From assembly GCA_043812155.1 (NCBI GenBank), contig JBDRMK010000017.1:146509-210508 (forward strand): a stretch of 64,000 nucleotides of DNA, given 5' to 3'. Shown one piece after another: positions 46,857 to 57,278 of this stretch. The stretch comes from Patescibacteria group bacterium. Lineage in GTDB: Bacteria > Patescibacteriota > Patescibacteriia > JAXHNJ01. How positions within the stretch are numbered: the first letter of the stretch is position 1; each line of letters begins with the position of its first letter. The position numbers and the translations under genes are program-made. The notes under the pieces are model-generated. The model saw only the letters and a program-made list of their open reading frames with translations, was not told the DNA's origin and ran no database searches.

Positions 46857-48053
46857 ATGCGAATTTCAAAAAGAGCCTTGCAAACCCAAGCTTCGCCGAT
46901 CCGGAAGCTTCAGCCGCTGGCTCTAGCCGCGGAAAAAAAGGGGATTGAAGTGATAAAACTGAATATCGGCCAGCCGGATCTGAATATCCCGGATTCAATT
47001 TTTGAAGAAATCAAAAAATACCGGCAAAAGAAAATTCCTTACGCCCCTTCCCAGGGCTTTGCTAACGTTATCCAGGCCTGGCAAAAATATTTCCGGGATT
47101 TTAAACTTAATTTTGAGGAAAATGAAATTATCGTCACGACCGGGGCTTCCGAAGCGATAATTTTCGCCCTGGCCGCCATCACCGACCCCCGAGATGAGAT
47201 CCTGGTCTTTGAGCCTTTTTACACCAATTACAACGGCTTCGCCGCCATTAACTCAATCAAGCTCGTGCCGGTTCCTACTAAAATTGAAACGGGTTTTCAT
47301 CTGCCTTCCGCCAAAATAATCGAGAAAAAAATCACCAAAAAAACCCGCGGAATAATTATCTGCAATCCGAACAACCCCACCGGCGCCGTCTATACGCGTC
47401 AAGAGCTTAAAAATATCGTTCGGCTGGTAAAAAAATACGACTTATTTGTCATTAACGACGAGGTTTACCGGGAATTCGTTTTCGGCAAGAATAAATTTTA
47501 CAGCCTATTTAATTTTAAGGAAATTGAAGAAAAAATCATTCTGGTAGACAGTGTTTCCAAAAGATTCAATCTCTGCGGCGCCCGGATCGGCTGCCTGGCC
47601 GCCAAAAACTCCCAGGTGATGGAAAACGTCCTGAAATTCGCCCAGGCCAGGCTTTCTTCCCCCACTCTGGAGCAATCCATCCTTATTCCTCTGCTGAAAA
47701 ATTCAAAAAAATACACCGACGGCTTGATAAGGGAATATCAAAAACGAAGGAAAACCGTGGAAAGCGAATTGAAAAAAATTCCGGGCATTGTTTATCATTT
47801 TCCGGAAGGGGCTTTTTACATTATCATCAAACTTCCCATCAAAGATTCGGAGCATTTCTGCCGCTGGCTCCTGGAAAAATTTTCGCATAAAAAAACCACG
47901 GTCATGCTGGCCCCGGCCTCGGGTTTTTACGCCACGCCCGGATTGGGGAAAAATGAGGTGCGCCTGGCCTTTGTTTATCGGCAGGAAATTCTGAAAAAAG
48001 GCCTAGAAATCCTGAGAATAGCTCTCGAAAAATATAATAAGCTTAATAAATAG
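46857..48053 (+). CDS. PLP-dependent class I/II aminotransferase (AspAT-like)
   Basis: LNIGQPD, NPNNPTG, DEVY, S.SK.F..CGARIG. Confidence 0.9.
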   Translation: MRISKRALQTQASPIRKLQPLALAAEKKGIEVIKLNIGQPDLNIPDSIFEEIKKYRQKKIPYAPSQGFANVIQAWQKYFRDFKLNFEENEIIVTTGASEAIIFALAAITDPRDEILVFEPFYTNYNGFAAINSIKLVPVPTKIETGFHLPSAKIIEKKITKKTRGIIICNPNNPTGAVYTRQELKNIVRLVKKYDLFVINDEVYREFVFGKNKFYSLFNFKEIEEKIILVDSVSKRFNLCGARIGCLAAKNSQVMENVLKFAQARLSSPTLEQSILIPLLKNSKKYTDGLIREYQKRRKTVESELKKIPGIVYHFPEGAFYIIIKLPIKDSEHFCRWLLEKFSHKKTTVMLAPASGFYATPGLGKNEVRLAFVYRQEILKKGLEILRIALEKYNKLNK

Positions 48054-48059
48054 AACTTC

Positions 48060-49328
48060 ATGGAAAAAAACCATCTTTTCGCCGAAAGTTTATGGCAATT
48101 AAAGAAAGCGGCTGATTTAAGCCACCAAGCCGCGATTTTTAACCTTCTCAAGAAACCGCAGAAAATCATCAAACAAAACTTGGTTGTTAAATTAGATAAC
48201 GGCCAGTCAAAAAATTTTTTGGGCATACGTGTCCAAAATAATAACGCTCTTGGCCCGTATAAAGGCGGCTTGCGTTTTCATCCGAATATCAGCCTTGATG
48301 AAATGAAAAGCCTTTCTTTGTTTATGACCTTGAAAAGCGCCGTTATCGGGATTCCTTTCGGCGGCGGCAAAGGCGGGATCAAGGTTGACCCGAAACAACT
48401 GTCATTAAAAGAGTTGGAAAGGCTGACGCGCCGCTTGGCTCGGGCCTTAGCCCCTTATATCGGGCCGCGAAAAGATATTCCGGCGCCGGATGTCAATACC
48501 AACGCCGTGATTATGGCCTGGTTTGCGGATGAATACGGAAAAATCATAAATAATAAAAAGAAAGCCTTGGCTGTGGTTACCGGAAAACCTATCGGAAAAG
48601 GAGGCAGTGAAGGTCGGGAAGAAGCAACCGCTTACGGCGGTTTCTACGTTCTTAAAGAATTGTTGAAAAAAATAGGGCGAAAAAACCGTCATCTGAAAGT
48701 GATTGTTCAGGGCTTCGGCAATGTGGGCGCTCACCTGGCTTTTCTGCTTTTTGCCGACGGCTTCAAAATAATCGGCCTCTCGGATTCAAAAAACGAGATA
48801 ATGGATGAAAAAGGCTTTGACCCCAACCATATCATGAAAATCAAAAAAGCCAAGGGCCTGATCGACGGTTTTTACTGCCGCGGTTCGGTCTGCGATCATC
48901 AGGAAAAAAAGCACCATCATTTCTCAAATAACGAGATATTAACCCGACCTTGCGACATTTTAATCCCGGCCGCTTTGGAAAACGCCATCACAGAAAAAAA
49001 CGCCAAAAAAATAAAAGCAAAAATAGTCCTGGAAATGGCCAACGGCGCTATTACTCCCAAAGCCTTGGGAATCCTGCATAATAGAAAGATCATTGTCGTG
49101 CCGGATATTCTGGCCAACGCCGGCGGGGTGACCGTTTCCTATTTTGAATGGAAGCAGAACTTAGCCGATAAATACTGGACAAAAGCCAAAGTCTTGGATG
49201 AACTAGGAATCCTTATGCGCCGGGCCTTTGCCCAAGTCTGGCAAACCGCCAATAAATATAAAACTGACCTGAAAACGGCCGCCTATATCCTGGCTTTGGA
49301 AAAAATAAATAAAGCTTTGAAGAAATAA
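48060..49328 (+). CDS. gdhA: Glu/Leu/Phe/Val dehydrogenase
   Basis: GPYKGGLRFHP, GGGKGG, DIPAPDV, QGFGNVG, ANAGGVTVSYFEW. Confidence 0.92.
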   Translation: MEKNHLFAESLWQLKKAADLSHQAAIFNLLKKPQKIIKQNLVVKLDNGQSKNFLGIRVQNNNALGPYKGGLRFHPNISLDEMKSLSLFMTLKSAVIGIPFGGGKGGIKVDPKQLSLKELERLTRRLARALAPYIGPRKDIPAPDVNTNAVIMAWFADEYGKIINNKKKALAVVTGKPIGKGGSEGREEATAYGGFYVLKELLKKIGRKNRHLKVIVQGFGNVGAHLAFLLFADGFKIIGLSDSKNEIMDEKGFDPNHIMKIKKAKGLIDGFYCRGSVCDHQEKKHHHFSNNEILTRPCDILIPAALENAITEKNAKKIKAKIVLEMANGAITPKALGILHNRKIIVVPDILANAGGVTVSYFEWKQNLADKYWTKAKVLDELGILMRRAFAQVWQTANKYKTDLKTAAYILALEKINKALKK

Positions 49329-49532
49329 CCATCTAATAAACAAAAGGAATAGACGGATAATCTATTCTTTTTGTTTACTCTATATAGTTAATAATCGGGG
49401 GTGAACTATAGGGATTGACAAATTTTAAAATCTGTGCTATTCTTTTACGTTGCCACTGAAATAATAATTGGCAAACTCGGCTACGAGAGAATCGTAGCAA
49501 TAGTTCTTCACAACAAGCGAAAGGAGTTTTAG

Positions 49533-50087
49533 ATGAGCGGAAAGATGATTTCGATTGCCGGTTTGGACAAGGCGGCGGTTTTGGCCGCCCTTTACAATTC
49601 CTCCAAACCGCAGGGTATGGGATTCATGCATTACGATCCCACGCCCATGACACCCGAAGACGCTCTCTGTATCATCTATTTTCGGGGTGACGACAAGACG
49701 ATGATGTTCTCCGGAGATACGCCTTTTGTGGAACCGCCTGGACCCGACAACCTGAATTTCGACTATCTCAATGGCCGGGTCATGAAAGTTGACCTTTCCG
49801 GCGATGAATTCGATCCCTGGGGTTATGACCGCGACAACGGCGATGGCGAGGCTGAGCGCGTGATCAACGAGCTGCGGCAGGGCCAGGTCAATTCGGCCAA
49901 CAGCCAGGCCAGCCATCACATCAACACGCTGGAAGCGGCCGAAAAGGCGAAGGAAGGGATGGAGACGGATGAAAGCCGTTTCGAAACCGGGGGTGATATA
50001 GACACCCTCCATCTCGGCCTGAAGGATAGGGCCGACGTACTCGGTCCGGCTGTGGACGACGCCGTACGCAAGCTTCGGAAAAAGTAA
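49533..50087 (+). CDS. Hypothetical protein of a virus-associated-looking family
   Basis: I.GLDKA.VLAALYN..PQGMG, FDYLNGRVMKVDL, YDRDNG.G motifs; AAGGAG RBS; GC-rich; own terminator. Confidence 0.7.
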   Translation: MSGKMISIAGLDKAAVLAALYNSSKPQGMGFMHYDPTPMTPEDALCIIYFRGDDKTMMFSGDTPFVEPPGPDNLNFDYLNGRVMKVDLSGDEFDPWGYDRDNGDGEAERVINELRQGQVNSANSQASHHINTLEAAEKAKEGMETDESRFETGGDIDTLHLGLKDRADVLGPAVDDAVRKLRKK

Positions 50088-50172
50088 ACATCTACAACTC
50101 TACCGTTCTGGGACGCATAATAACCAAAAGCGTCCCATTTTTTTTATTTTAAAAAACACTTATAATGAGTTC

Positions 50173-50778
50173 ATGAAATTCCCCACTTTGGAAGAAGAAA
50201 AAAAACTTTGGCGGGCAGGCTATAAGTACGTCGCCGGACTGGACGAAGCCGGCCGGGGGGCTTTAGCCGGCCCGATTTTTGCCGCCGCGGTTATATTTAA
50301 TAAAGGAGTGAAAATAAGCGGCGTCAATGATTCAAAAAAACTGACCCCGGAAAAACGGGAAGAACTCTATAAAATTATCACAAAAAATGCGCTTTTTTGG
50401 TCAATCGCTTCTTTAAGCCACCAAAAAATCGATAAAATTGGGATCGGCCGGGCCAATTTAGAAGTGATGGAAAAAGCGATAAAATATTTAAAACATAAAC
50501 CCGATTTCTTGCTGATTGACGCCCATAAATTAGAAACGAAAATTCCTTCATTTTCCATAATTAAGGGTGATGAAAAAGTCTTTTCCATTGCCGCCGCCTC
50601 CATTTTGGCGAAAGTCTCGCGGGACCGCTTCATGATTAGGCAAGGCAATAAATACTCAGCCTTTCAATTTGAAATTAACAAAGGTTACGGCACCGGCCGG
50701 CATCTGGCCGCCATCCGAAAACACGGACCCTGTTTGATCCACCGCCGGTCATTCAAGCCTTTAAAAAAAATCATATAG
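50173..50778 (+). CDS. rnhB: Ribonuclease HII
   Basis: GLDEAGRG.LAGP, DSKKL, IAAASILAKV.RD, KGYGT, HRRSF. Confidence 0.96.
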   Translation: MKFPTLEEEKKLWRAGYKYVAGLDEAGRGALAGPIFAAAVIFNKGVKISGVNDSKKLTPEKREELYKIITKNALFWSIASLSHQKIDKIGIGRANLEVMEKAIKYLKHKPDFLLIDAHKLETKIPSFSIIKGDEKVFSIAAASILAKVSRDRFMIRQGNKYSAFQFEINKGYGTGRHLAAIRKHGPCLIHRRSFKPLKKII

Positions 50779-50807
50779 ATGATATAGTTGAAGGGTAAGA
50801 TAATCTT

Positions 50808-51371
50808 ATGATCAAGCTTCCTTCAGGGAAAACCTATCTGGATCCGGCTTATCTGCTGGAAAAACTGGAGATCGGGCCGAACATGCGGGTCGGGTCTTTT
50901 GGCTGCGGCGGGGAGGGATTTCTTACTTTGCAGGCCGCGGAACTGGTCAAACCCCATGGCCGGGTCTTTGCCGTGGACATTTTAAAACCGAACCTTTCCG
51001 CGATCTGGTCTAAGGCAAAACTCTCCGGTCTGGATCATATCATCCGCTGTGTCTGGTCGGATCTGGAAATTCACGGGGCGGCGAAAAAAATCAAAGATGA
51101 ATCCCTGGACCGCGGAATCTTAGCGAACGTATTGCACCAGTCAAAAAAACAAAAAAATATTCTCAGGGAATGCGGCCGGACCTTGAAAGAAGAAGGGAGG
51201 CTTTTAATCGTAGAGTGGAAAACCGCCGGCCTGGTCTTTGGCCCGCAGGAAAAATTTTTGGTTGAAAAAGACCGAGCTATCCAGCTGGCAGCTGCCTGCG
51301 GCCTGGCCCTGATGGACGAATTTAAAGCGGGGGCTTATCATTACGGCTTGGTTTTTACTAAAATTTCTTAA
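50808..51371 (+). CDS. Class I SAM-dependent methyltransferase
   Basis: FGCGG.G, VFAVDI, LK..GRL.IVEW. Confidence 0.8.
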   Translation: MIKLPSGKTYLDPAYLLEKLEIGPNMRVGSFGCGGEGFLTLQAAELVKPHGRVFAVDILKPNLSAIWSKAKLSGLDHIIRCVWSDLEIHGAAKKIKDESLDRGILANVLHQSKKQKNILRECGRTLKEEGRLLIVEWKTAGLVFGPQEKFLVEKDRAIQLAAACGLALMDEFKAGAYHYGLVFTKIS

Positions 51372-51419
51372 TTTTTTAGGATAATAACGGTGGCTTAAAA
51401 GAATTACCGTTTTTTTATT

Positions 51420-51779
51420 ATGAAAAATTACCGCCAAAAACTAGGGGCTACCGGAGAGAGAATCGCGGCCGAATACTTAAAAGAAAAAGGCTATCTTATT
51501 AAAGACAGAAATTTTCGGGTGCGTGAGGGAGAGATCGACCTGATCGCTGAAAAAAATTATGAATATATTTTTATCGAGGTTAAAACCCGGACTTCGCCGA
51601 AATTCGGTCCTCCCGAAGAATCGGTCAATCTTAAAAAACAGGAAAAATACGCCGCCGTCATTGAAAAATACCTGGAAAAAAACCGGCTAAAAAATGCGCT
51701 CTGGCATTGCGAGATTATTTCCCTAATGATTGATAAAAAACAAAACACCATCTGCCTGCGTCATTTTAAAAAAATATAA
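51420..51779 (+). CDS. yraN: YraN family putative endonuclease
   Basis: G..GE..AA.YL...GY.I..RN...GEIDLI..FIEVKTR. Confidence 0.92.
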   Translation: MKNYRQKLGATGERIAAEYLKEKGYLIKDRNFRVREGEIDLIAEKNYEYIFIEVKTRTSPKFGPPEESVNLKKQEKYAAVIEKYLEKNRLKNALWHCEIISLMIDKKQNTICLRHFKKI

Positions 51780-51921
51780 AACTCCCTGACAAACATACCT
51801 TGATTTCGGCCGCCGGACATAACTTGCCTTCTTTTCTGGCTTGTTCTATAATGTTGACATAAGACTAGTTTCAAACTAGTCAATTTTTTTAAGTAAACCT
51901 AATTCCATAACCTTTAAAAAA

Positions 51922-53313
51922 ATGGGTCAAAATGAGATAAACCAAGCGATTAAGCAGATTTGCGAGGAAAAGAACATTTCCTTTGAATCGGTAATTGAGA
52001 CCATCGCCGCCGCCCTGGCCGTGGCTTATCGCAAGGATTTCGGGGAAAAAAACCAGAATATTAAAGTTGAATTTAATCCGGAAAACTCCAGTTCCCGGGT
52101 TTTTGACGTAAAAACAGTGGTCGCCGATGAAATTGCGGAAAAAACCCTAAAATTGAAAGAAAAGAAAGAAAAAGGCGAAGAAGTAAAACCCGAAGAGGAG
52201 GATTTTGAAAAATTTGATCCTAAAAAACACCTGACTCTGACGGAAAGCCTGAAATTAAAAAAAGGCGTCAAACTGGCAGACGAGATAAAAACAGAGCTTT
52301 TTCCGCCGGCCGCCTACGGCCGCATGGCCGCCCAAACCGCCAAACAAGTGATTATCCAGCGCCTGCGGGAAGCGGAAAGAGAAAATCTCTTTAAGGATTT
52401 CAAGGGCCGAGAAGGAGAGATCATTACCGGCATTATTCAAAGGCAGGAAAGAAGATTTTATCTGGTAGACCTGGGGCAAACGACCGGCATTATGCCGCCG
52501 AACGAGCAGATCATGAGCGAAAGATACCTGCCCGGTTCAAGAATAAAAGTTTACGTCGTCTCGGTCAACCAAACGACCAAGGGGCCGGAAATCATCGTTT
52601 CGCGCGCCCATCCGGACATGGTGAAAAGGCTATTTACTTTGGAAGTTCCGGAAATAAGCGCCGGCACTGTGGAAATAAAAGCGGTCTCAAGGGAAGCCGG
52701 CTCCCGCACCAAAATTGCCGTTAAATCCAACCAAAAGAATATCGATCCGGTCGGCTCCTGCGTCGGCCAGCGCGGCTCGCGGGTCCAAACCATAATTTCT
52801 GAAATCGGCGGAGAAAAAATTGACATTATCCAATATTCTGATGATCCGGTAGAATTTATAACTAATGCCCTTTCCCCGGCGAAAATATTAAGCATCAAGC
52901 TCAATGAAAAAGAAAAGACCGCCACCGCCGAAGTGAAAGAAGACCAGCTTTCCTTGGCCATCGGCAAAGCGGGACAGAATGTCCGGCTGGCCGCCAAATT
53001 AACCGGCTGGCGCATAGACATTATTTCCGGCGAAAAAAATGAGGAAAAAGAAAAAGCGAAAAACGAAGAAAAGGAAGAATCGGAAAAAATTAAGGACGGA
53101 GAAAAACCAGCTGAGGCGAAAAAGGAGGATAAGACCTCGGAAACGGGAAAAAATGAGAAAATAATCACAGAAGATAAGTCCAAGGAGGAAGAAAAGGAAG
53201 TAAAAAGGGAAAAAACAGTCTCTAAAAAAGAAAGAAAAAAAGATAATAAAAATAAAGCGGAAGAAAAAAAGGAAGAACCCGAGGGAAAAGAAAAACCCGA
53301 AGAGACAAAATAA
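51922..53313 (+). CDS. nusA: Transcription factor NusA with a long Lys/Glu-rich tail
   Basis: GRMAAQTAKQVIIQ, EVPEI, REAG.RTKIAV, GSCVG.RG.RV, AIGK.GQNVRLA. Confidence 0.96.
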   Translation: MGQNEINQAIKQICEEKNISFESVIETIAAALAVAYRKDFGEKNQNIKVEFNPENSSSRVFDVKTVVADEIAEKTLKLKEKKEKGEEVKPEEEDFEKFDPKKHLTLTESLKLKKGVKLADEIKTELFPPAAYGRMAAQTAKQVIIQRLREAERENLFKDFKGREGEIITGIIQRQERRFYLVDLGQTTGIMPPNEQIMSERYLPGSRIKVYVVSVNQTTKGPEIIVSRAHPDMVKRLFTLEVPEISAGTVEIKAVSREAGSRTKIAVKSNQKNIDPVGSCVGQRGSRVQTIISEIGGEKIDIIQYSDDPVEFITNALSPAKILSIKLNEKEKTATAEVKEDQLSLAIGKAGQNVRLAAKLTGWRIDIISGEKNEEKEKAKNEEKEESEKIKDGEKPAEAKKEDKTSETGKNEKIITEDKSKEEEKEVKREKTVSKKERKKDNKNKAEEKKEEPEGKEKPEETK

Positions 53314-53372
53314 TGAAAAAGAAGAAAAAAATAACTTATTGACTAGTTAATTAACTAACTAAAAACAAAATT

Positions 53373-55346
53373 ATGAATGTGGGCATTTATTCCCTTATCC
53401 TAGGCTTAGTCGGCTTTATCACGGCGATTCTCATCTATTTTTCCTTGAAAAAAAATCCAGTGGGCACGGATCTGATGAAAGAAATCGCAGATAAAATACA
53501 TCACGGAGCCATGGTTTTTTTAAAAAAAGAATACGCCATAATTTCCATTTTTGTCTTGGTTGTTTTCGCCTTGCTCGCCTGGAAAATAAACATCTGGACC
53601 GGTGTCGCCTATATCTCAGGAGGTTTATTCTCGATGTTAGCCGGTTTTTTCGGCATGTCCGGCGCGACTCTGGCTAATGTGCGGACGGCTAACGCCGCTC
53701 ATACGTCAGGGCAAGCCAAGGCTTTGAATATTTCTTTTTTAGGCGGCTCTGTTATGGGTTTATCCGTGGCTTCCTTGGGTCTGATCGGCCTGGGCATTTT
53801 TTATTATTTTTTCCGCGAAGTTGATCCCGCCGTTCTTTCCGGTTTCGCCATGGGCGCTTCTTCTATCGCGCTCTTCGCCCGGGTCGGCGGCGGTATTTAC
53901 ACAAAATCGGCGGATGTCGGCGCGGATCTGGTCGGCAAAGTGGAGGCGGGCATTCCGGAAGACGATCCGAGAAACCCGGCTGTCATCGCGGATAATGTCG
54001 GAGATAATGTCGGCGACGTGGCCGGCATGGGCGCTGATCTTTTTGAATCATACGTCGGATCGGTCATCGCCGCCTTGGCCATCGCCGCGACCGGAACAGC
54101 CTACGCCGCTCATAAAATCGCCTACATGTCCCTGCCTTTATGGATCATCACGGCCGGCTTGATCGCCTCAATTTTAGGCGTTTTTTCCGTAAAAATATTC
54201 TCAAAATTAAATCCGCAAGCGGTCCTGCGTTACGTCACTTACGTCGCGGCCGGTTTGCTTTTAATCGCCACTTATTTTATTGTCAAAAAACTTGAGCTGC
54301 CTTTAGGAGTTTTTTGGACCGTGGTGCTCGGAACTTTTGTCGGCATTCTTATCGGTTTGCTGACGGAATATTATACTTCCTCTAAGCCCGTCATTAAAAT
54401 CGCTAAATCCGCTCAAACCGGCGCCGCCACCAATATTATTACCGGGCTGGCGGTGGCCATGGAAAGCACGGCTCTGCCTGTTTTGATCATCGCGATCGCT
54501 ATTCTCTTTTCCTATAAACTGGCCGGGCTTTACGGCATTGCCATCTCCGCCGTCGGCATGCTGTCTACCATCGGCGTCACTATGTCCGTGGACGCCTACG
54601 GTCCGATTGCCGACAACGCCGGCGGAATTTCAGAAATGTCGGGCTTAGGCAAGGAAACCCGGGAAATCACCGATCGCCTTGATTCGCTCGGCAACACCAC
54701 GGCCGCCATCGGCAAGGGATTTGCCATCGGCTCAGCCGCCTTGACCGCCCTGGCTTTGTTCGCCGCTTATACCACGGCCGTAAAATTGAACAGCATTGAT
54801 CTGACCAAGGCCGAAGTAGTGACCGGTCTTTTGATCGGCGGCATCCTGCCTTTTTTAATTGCTTCTTTTACCATGACGGCTGTCGGCCGCACCGCTATGA
54901 AAATGGTCAATGAGGTCAGAAGGCAATTCAAAGAGATCGCCGGACTGATGGAAGGCAAGGCCAAATCTGATTCCAATAAATGCATCGCGATCGCCGTCCA
55001 TGGATCGATCAGAGAAATGATCATCCCCGGGCTATTGGCTATTATCGCGCCTATTATAGTCGGCCTGATTTTAGGCAAAGAAGCCTTGGGCGGACTATTG
55101 GCCGGCGCCACTTTGGTCGGAGTTTTCCTGGCCCTGATGATGTCTAACGGCGGCGGCGCCTGGGATAACGCCAAAAAATACATTGAAAAGGGTAATTTAG
55201 GCGGCAAGGGTTCTGATACCCACAAAGCGGCCGTGGTCGGTGATACCGTCGGCGATCCGTTTAAAGACACGGCCGGACCGTCGATGAATATTCTGATCAA
55301 ACTGATGGCCGTGGTTTCTTTAGTCCTCGCCCCCCTCTTCCTGTAA
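53373..55346 (+). CDS. hppA: Membrane-bound K+-dependent (probably Na+-translocating) pyrophosphatase
   Basis: [40 protein letters not shown] (Ala indicates K+-dependence), [13 protein letters not shown]. Confidence 0.95.
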   Translation: MNVGIYSLILGLVGFITAILIYFSLKKNPVGTDLMKEIADKIHHGAMVFLKKEYAIISIFVLVVFALLAWKINIWTGVAYISGGLFSMLAGFFGMSGATLANVRTANAAHTSGQAKALNISFLGGSVMGLSVASLGLIGLGIFYYFFREVDPAVLSGFAMGASSIALFARVGGGIYTKSADVGADLVGKVEAGIPEDDPRNPAVIADNVGDNVGDVAGMGADLFESYVGSVIAALAIAATGTAYAAHKIAYMSLPLWIITAGLIASILGVFSVKIFSKLNPQAVLRYVTYVAAGLLLIATYFIVKKLELPLGVFWTVVLGTFVGILIGLLTEYYTSSKPVIKIAKSAQTGAATNIITGLAVAMESTALPVLIIAIAILFSYKLAGLYGIAISAVGMLSTIGVTMSVDAYGPIADNAGGISEMSGLGKETREITDRLDSLGNTTAAIGKGFAIGSAALTALALFAAYTTAVKLNSIDLTKAEVVTGLLIGGILPFLIASFTMTAVGRTAMKMVNEVRRQFKEIAGLMEGKAKSDSNKCIAIAVHGSIREMIIPGLLAIIAPIIVGLILGKEALGGLLAGATLVGVFLALMMSNGGGAWDNAKKYIEKGNLGGKGSDTHKAAVVGDTVGDPFKDTAGPSMNILIKLMAVVSLVLAPLFL

Positions 55347-55385
55347 AAAATTTATTCTCTAAAAAACTAAAGGAAAAAAGAGAAT

Positions 55386-56009
55386 TTGGCCTACACTTTC
55401 TTTAAATTCAATATCATCCCTCTATTCCGCCTCAAAATCAAACGGATAGAAGGTTTAGAGAATATCCCCCGGCAGGGTAACTACATTCTAGCCGCCAATC
55501 ATAACGCTTGGATTGATTCACCTTATATTTGGGCAGTTTTGACAAAAGTGATCAACGAAAAAATATACGCGGTGGCGGCCACGAAAAAGTTCAGATGGAT
55601 GGGCGCCATTCCTATCGATCCTAAGAACAAAGCGAAAACTGTTGATCTATTCGTCGATTTGCTGAAAAAAGGGAAGATTGTCGCCATTTTTCCGGAAGGA
55701 AATTCCAATCCAAACAAAATTCTGCGCGAACCGAAAACCGGGGTGGCCCGGCTCGCTTTGCGTTCAAAGCTTCCCGTCATTCCCATAGGCATAAAAGGTA
55801 CAAAAGGAAGAACTTTTATTCCCGGCCTTTTGCGCTTTTTTTTCACCCCCGCCAGGCCAACGATTACAGTCGGCCGGCCGATGACTTTTCCTGAATTCTA
55901 CGGTCAAACGGAAAATGAATACCTTCTACATAAAGTTTCACGCTTAATCATGCAAGAAATCTCCAAACTTTGCGGGAAAAAAATGCCCCCGGAGGATATA
56001 AGTCTATGA
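55386..56009 (+). CDS. PlsC-like lysophospholipid acyltransferase 1
   Basis: ANH...ID (HX4D), FPEG, KTG.ARLA, PVIP. Confidence 0.88.
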   Translation: MAYTFFKFNIIPLFRLKIKRIEGLENIPRQGNYILAANHNAWIDSPYIWAVLTKVINEKIYAVAATKKFRWMGAIPIDPKNKAKTVDLFVDLLKKGKIVAIFPEGNSNPNKILREPKTGVARLALRSKLPVIPIGIKGTKGRTFIPGLLRFFFTPARPTITVGRPMTFPEFYGQTENEYLLHKVSRLIMQEISKLCGKKMPPEDISL

Positions 56010-56641
56010 ACTATCCCTGGTTTATAAAACTCGCTATTTGGTTTTTAAAAAGAAACTTAGAAAAAGTGGCAGGCCTGGAAAATCTTCCTGCAAACAGCAA
56101 TTTTATCTTAGCGGCGAACCACGGCAGTTATCTGGACGCAGTTTTTCTTTGGGTCGGCCTGGTGCCGGTGACGAAAAAAATAATCTATTCCCTGGCCAAA
56201 GAGCAGTTAAAAAGCAAATTTGGCTCTTTCGGCTCAAAATATCTCGGCATGATCTATATCGACACGAAGGATAAGGCCAAATGCCTGGAAGTGGCCGCCG
56301 AATACTTGAAAAGAAATGAAATTATCTGCGTTCTACCGGAAGGCCGCCGGAATTACGATCCGATCAATCTATTGCCGGGCAAAACCGGCGCCGCCCGACT
56401 GGCCTTAAAAGCGAAAGTGCCGGTCATCCCGGTCGGCATAATAAGCCCGAAAGGGCAAGGTGTCTTTCAGGCGATAAAAAACGCTTTTTGGCCGAAAAAC
56501 AAAGCGAAAATAATCATTGGTCGGCCTCTCAATTTTGAAAAATATTTTTACCAGGAGATGACTAAAGAATCATTGGAAAAAATAACCCGCGAAACCATGC
56601 TGAAAATCGGCGAACTCTGCGGGAAAAAATATACTTATTAA
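56006..56641 (+). CDS. PlsC-like lysophospholipid acyltransferase 2
   Basis: ANHGSYLD, LPEGRR, KTGAARLA; ATG at 56006 overlaps the upstream stop. Confidence 0.88.
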   Translation: MNYPWFIKLAIWFLKRNLEKVAGLENLPANSNFILAANHGSYLDAVFLWVGLVPVTKKIIYSLAKEQLKSKFGSFGSKYLGMIYIDTKDKAKCLEVAAEYLKRNEIICVLPEGRRNYDPINLLPGKTGAARLALKAKVPVIPVGIISPKGQGVFQAIKNAFWPKNKAKIIIGRPLNFEKYFYQEMTKESLEKITRETMLKIGELCGKKYTY

Positions 56642-56644
56642 ATT

Positions 56645-57256
56645 ATGCGCTATTCTACCACCAAAATAATTCTCAAGCCTCTTTTTCGCCCTAAATTCAA
56701 GGAGATCAACGGCCTTTCCAACCTGCCCCAAAACGGCTCGTTTATATTGGCCGCCAACCATATTGATTATTTGGACGGCTATTTCATTTCCTTTGGCCTA
56801 GAGATCAGGAAAAAACTGGATATATATTTCCTTTCAAAAACCAAAAATTACTGGTGGGCCGGCTCCACCTTGCCGATTGACCCTCAAGACCGGGAAAAAA
56901 GCCTCCGCCAGGCGGTCAATTATCTGCAGCAAGGGAAAATCATCTGCAATTTCATTGAAGGAAAGAGAAATCCGGAAAAATACCTGCTTGAAGGCAGGAC
57001 CGGCACGGCCAGAATGGCTTTAAAGGCCCGGGTTCCCGTTATTCCGGTCGGCATTACTTGCCCGATCAACCGGACTTTTCCTGGAGCCTTAGCCAGTTTG
57101 CTTACCCATAACCATCAGGCTATAATAAACATCGGTCAGCCGATCAGCTTTGAAAAATATTACGGCCAAGATATAACAAAACCGCTGCTTATTGAATTAA
57201 CCCGGGAAGTGATGAAAAAAATCTCGCCTCTTTGCGGCAAAGCCTATTCATTTTAA
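56645..57256 (+). CDS. PlsC-like lysophospholipid acyltransferase 3
   Basis: ANHIDYLD, IEGKR, RTG.AR.A, PVIPVG. Confidence 0.85.
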   Translation: MRYSTTKIILKPLFRPKFKEINGLSNLPQNGSFILAANHIDYLDGYFISFGLEIRKKLDIYFLSKTKNYWWAGSTLPIDPQDREKSLRQAVNYLQQGKIICNFIEGKRNPEKYLLEGRTGTARMALKARVPVIPVGITCPINRTFPGALASLLTHNHQAIINIGQPISFEKYYGQDITKPLLIELTREVMKKISPLCGKAYSF

Positions 57257-57278
57257 ATAATTAACCATAATAAACCAT

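Noticed and set aside
53030-53313. Lys/Glu-rich NusA tail as a repeat element
   Set aside because: Low-complexity protein extension without a discrete DNA repeat unit.
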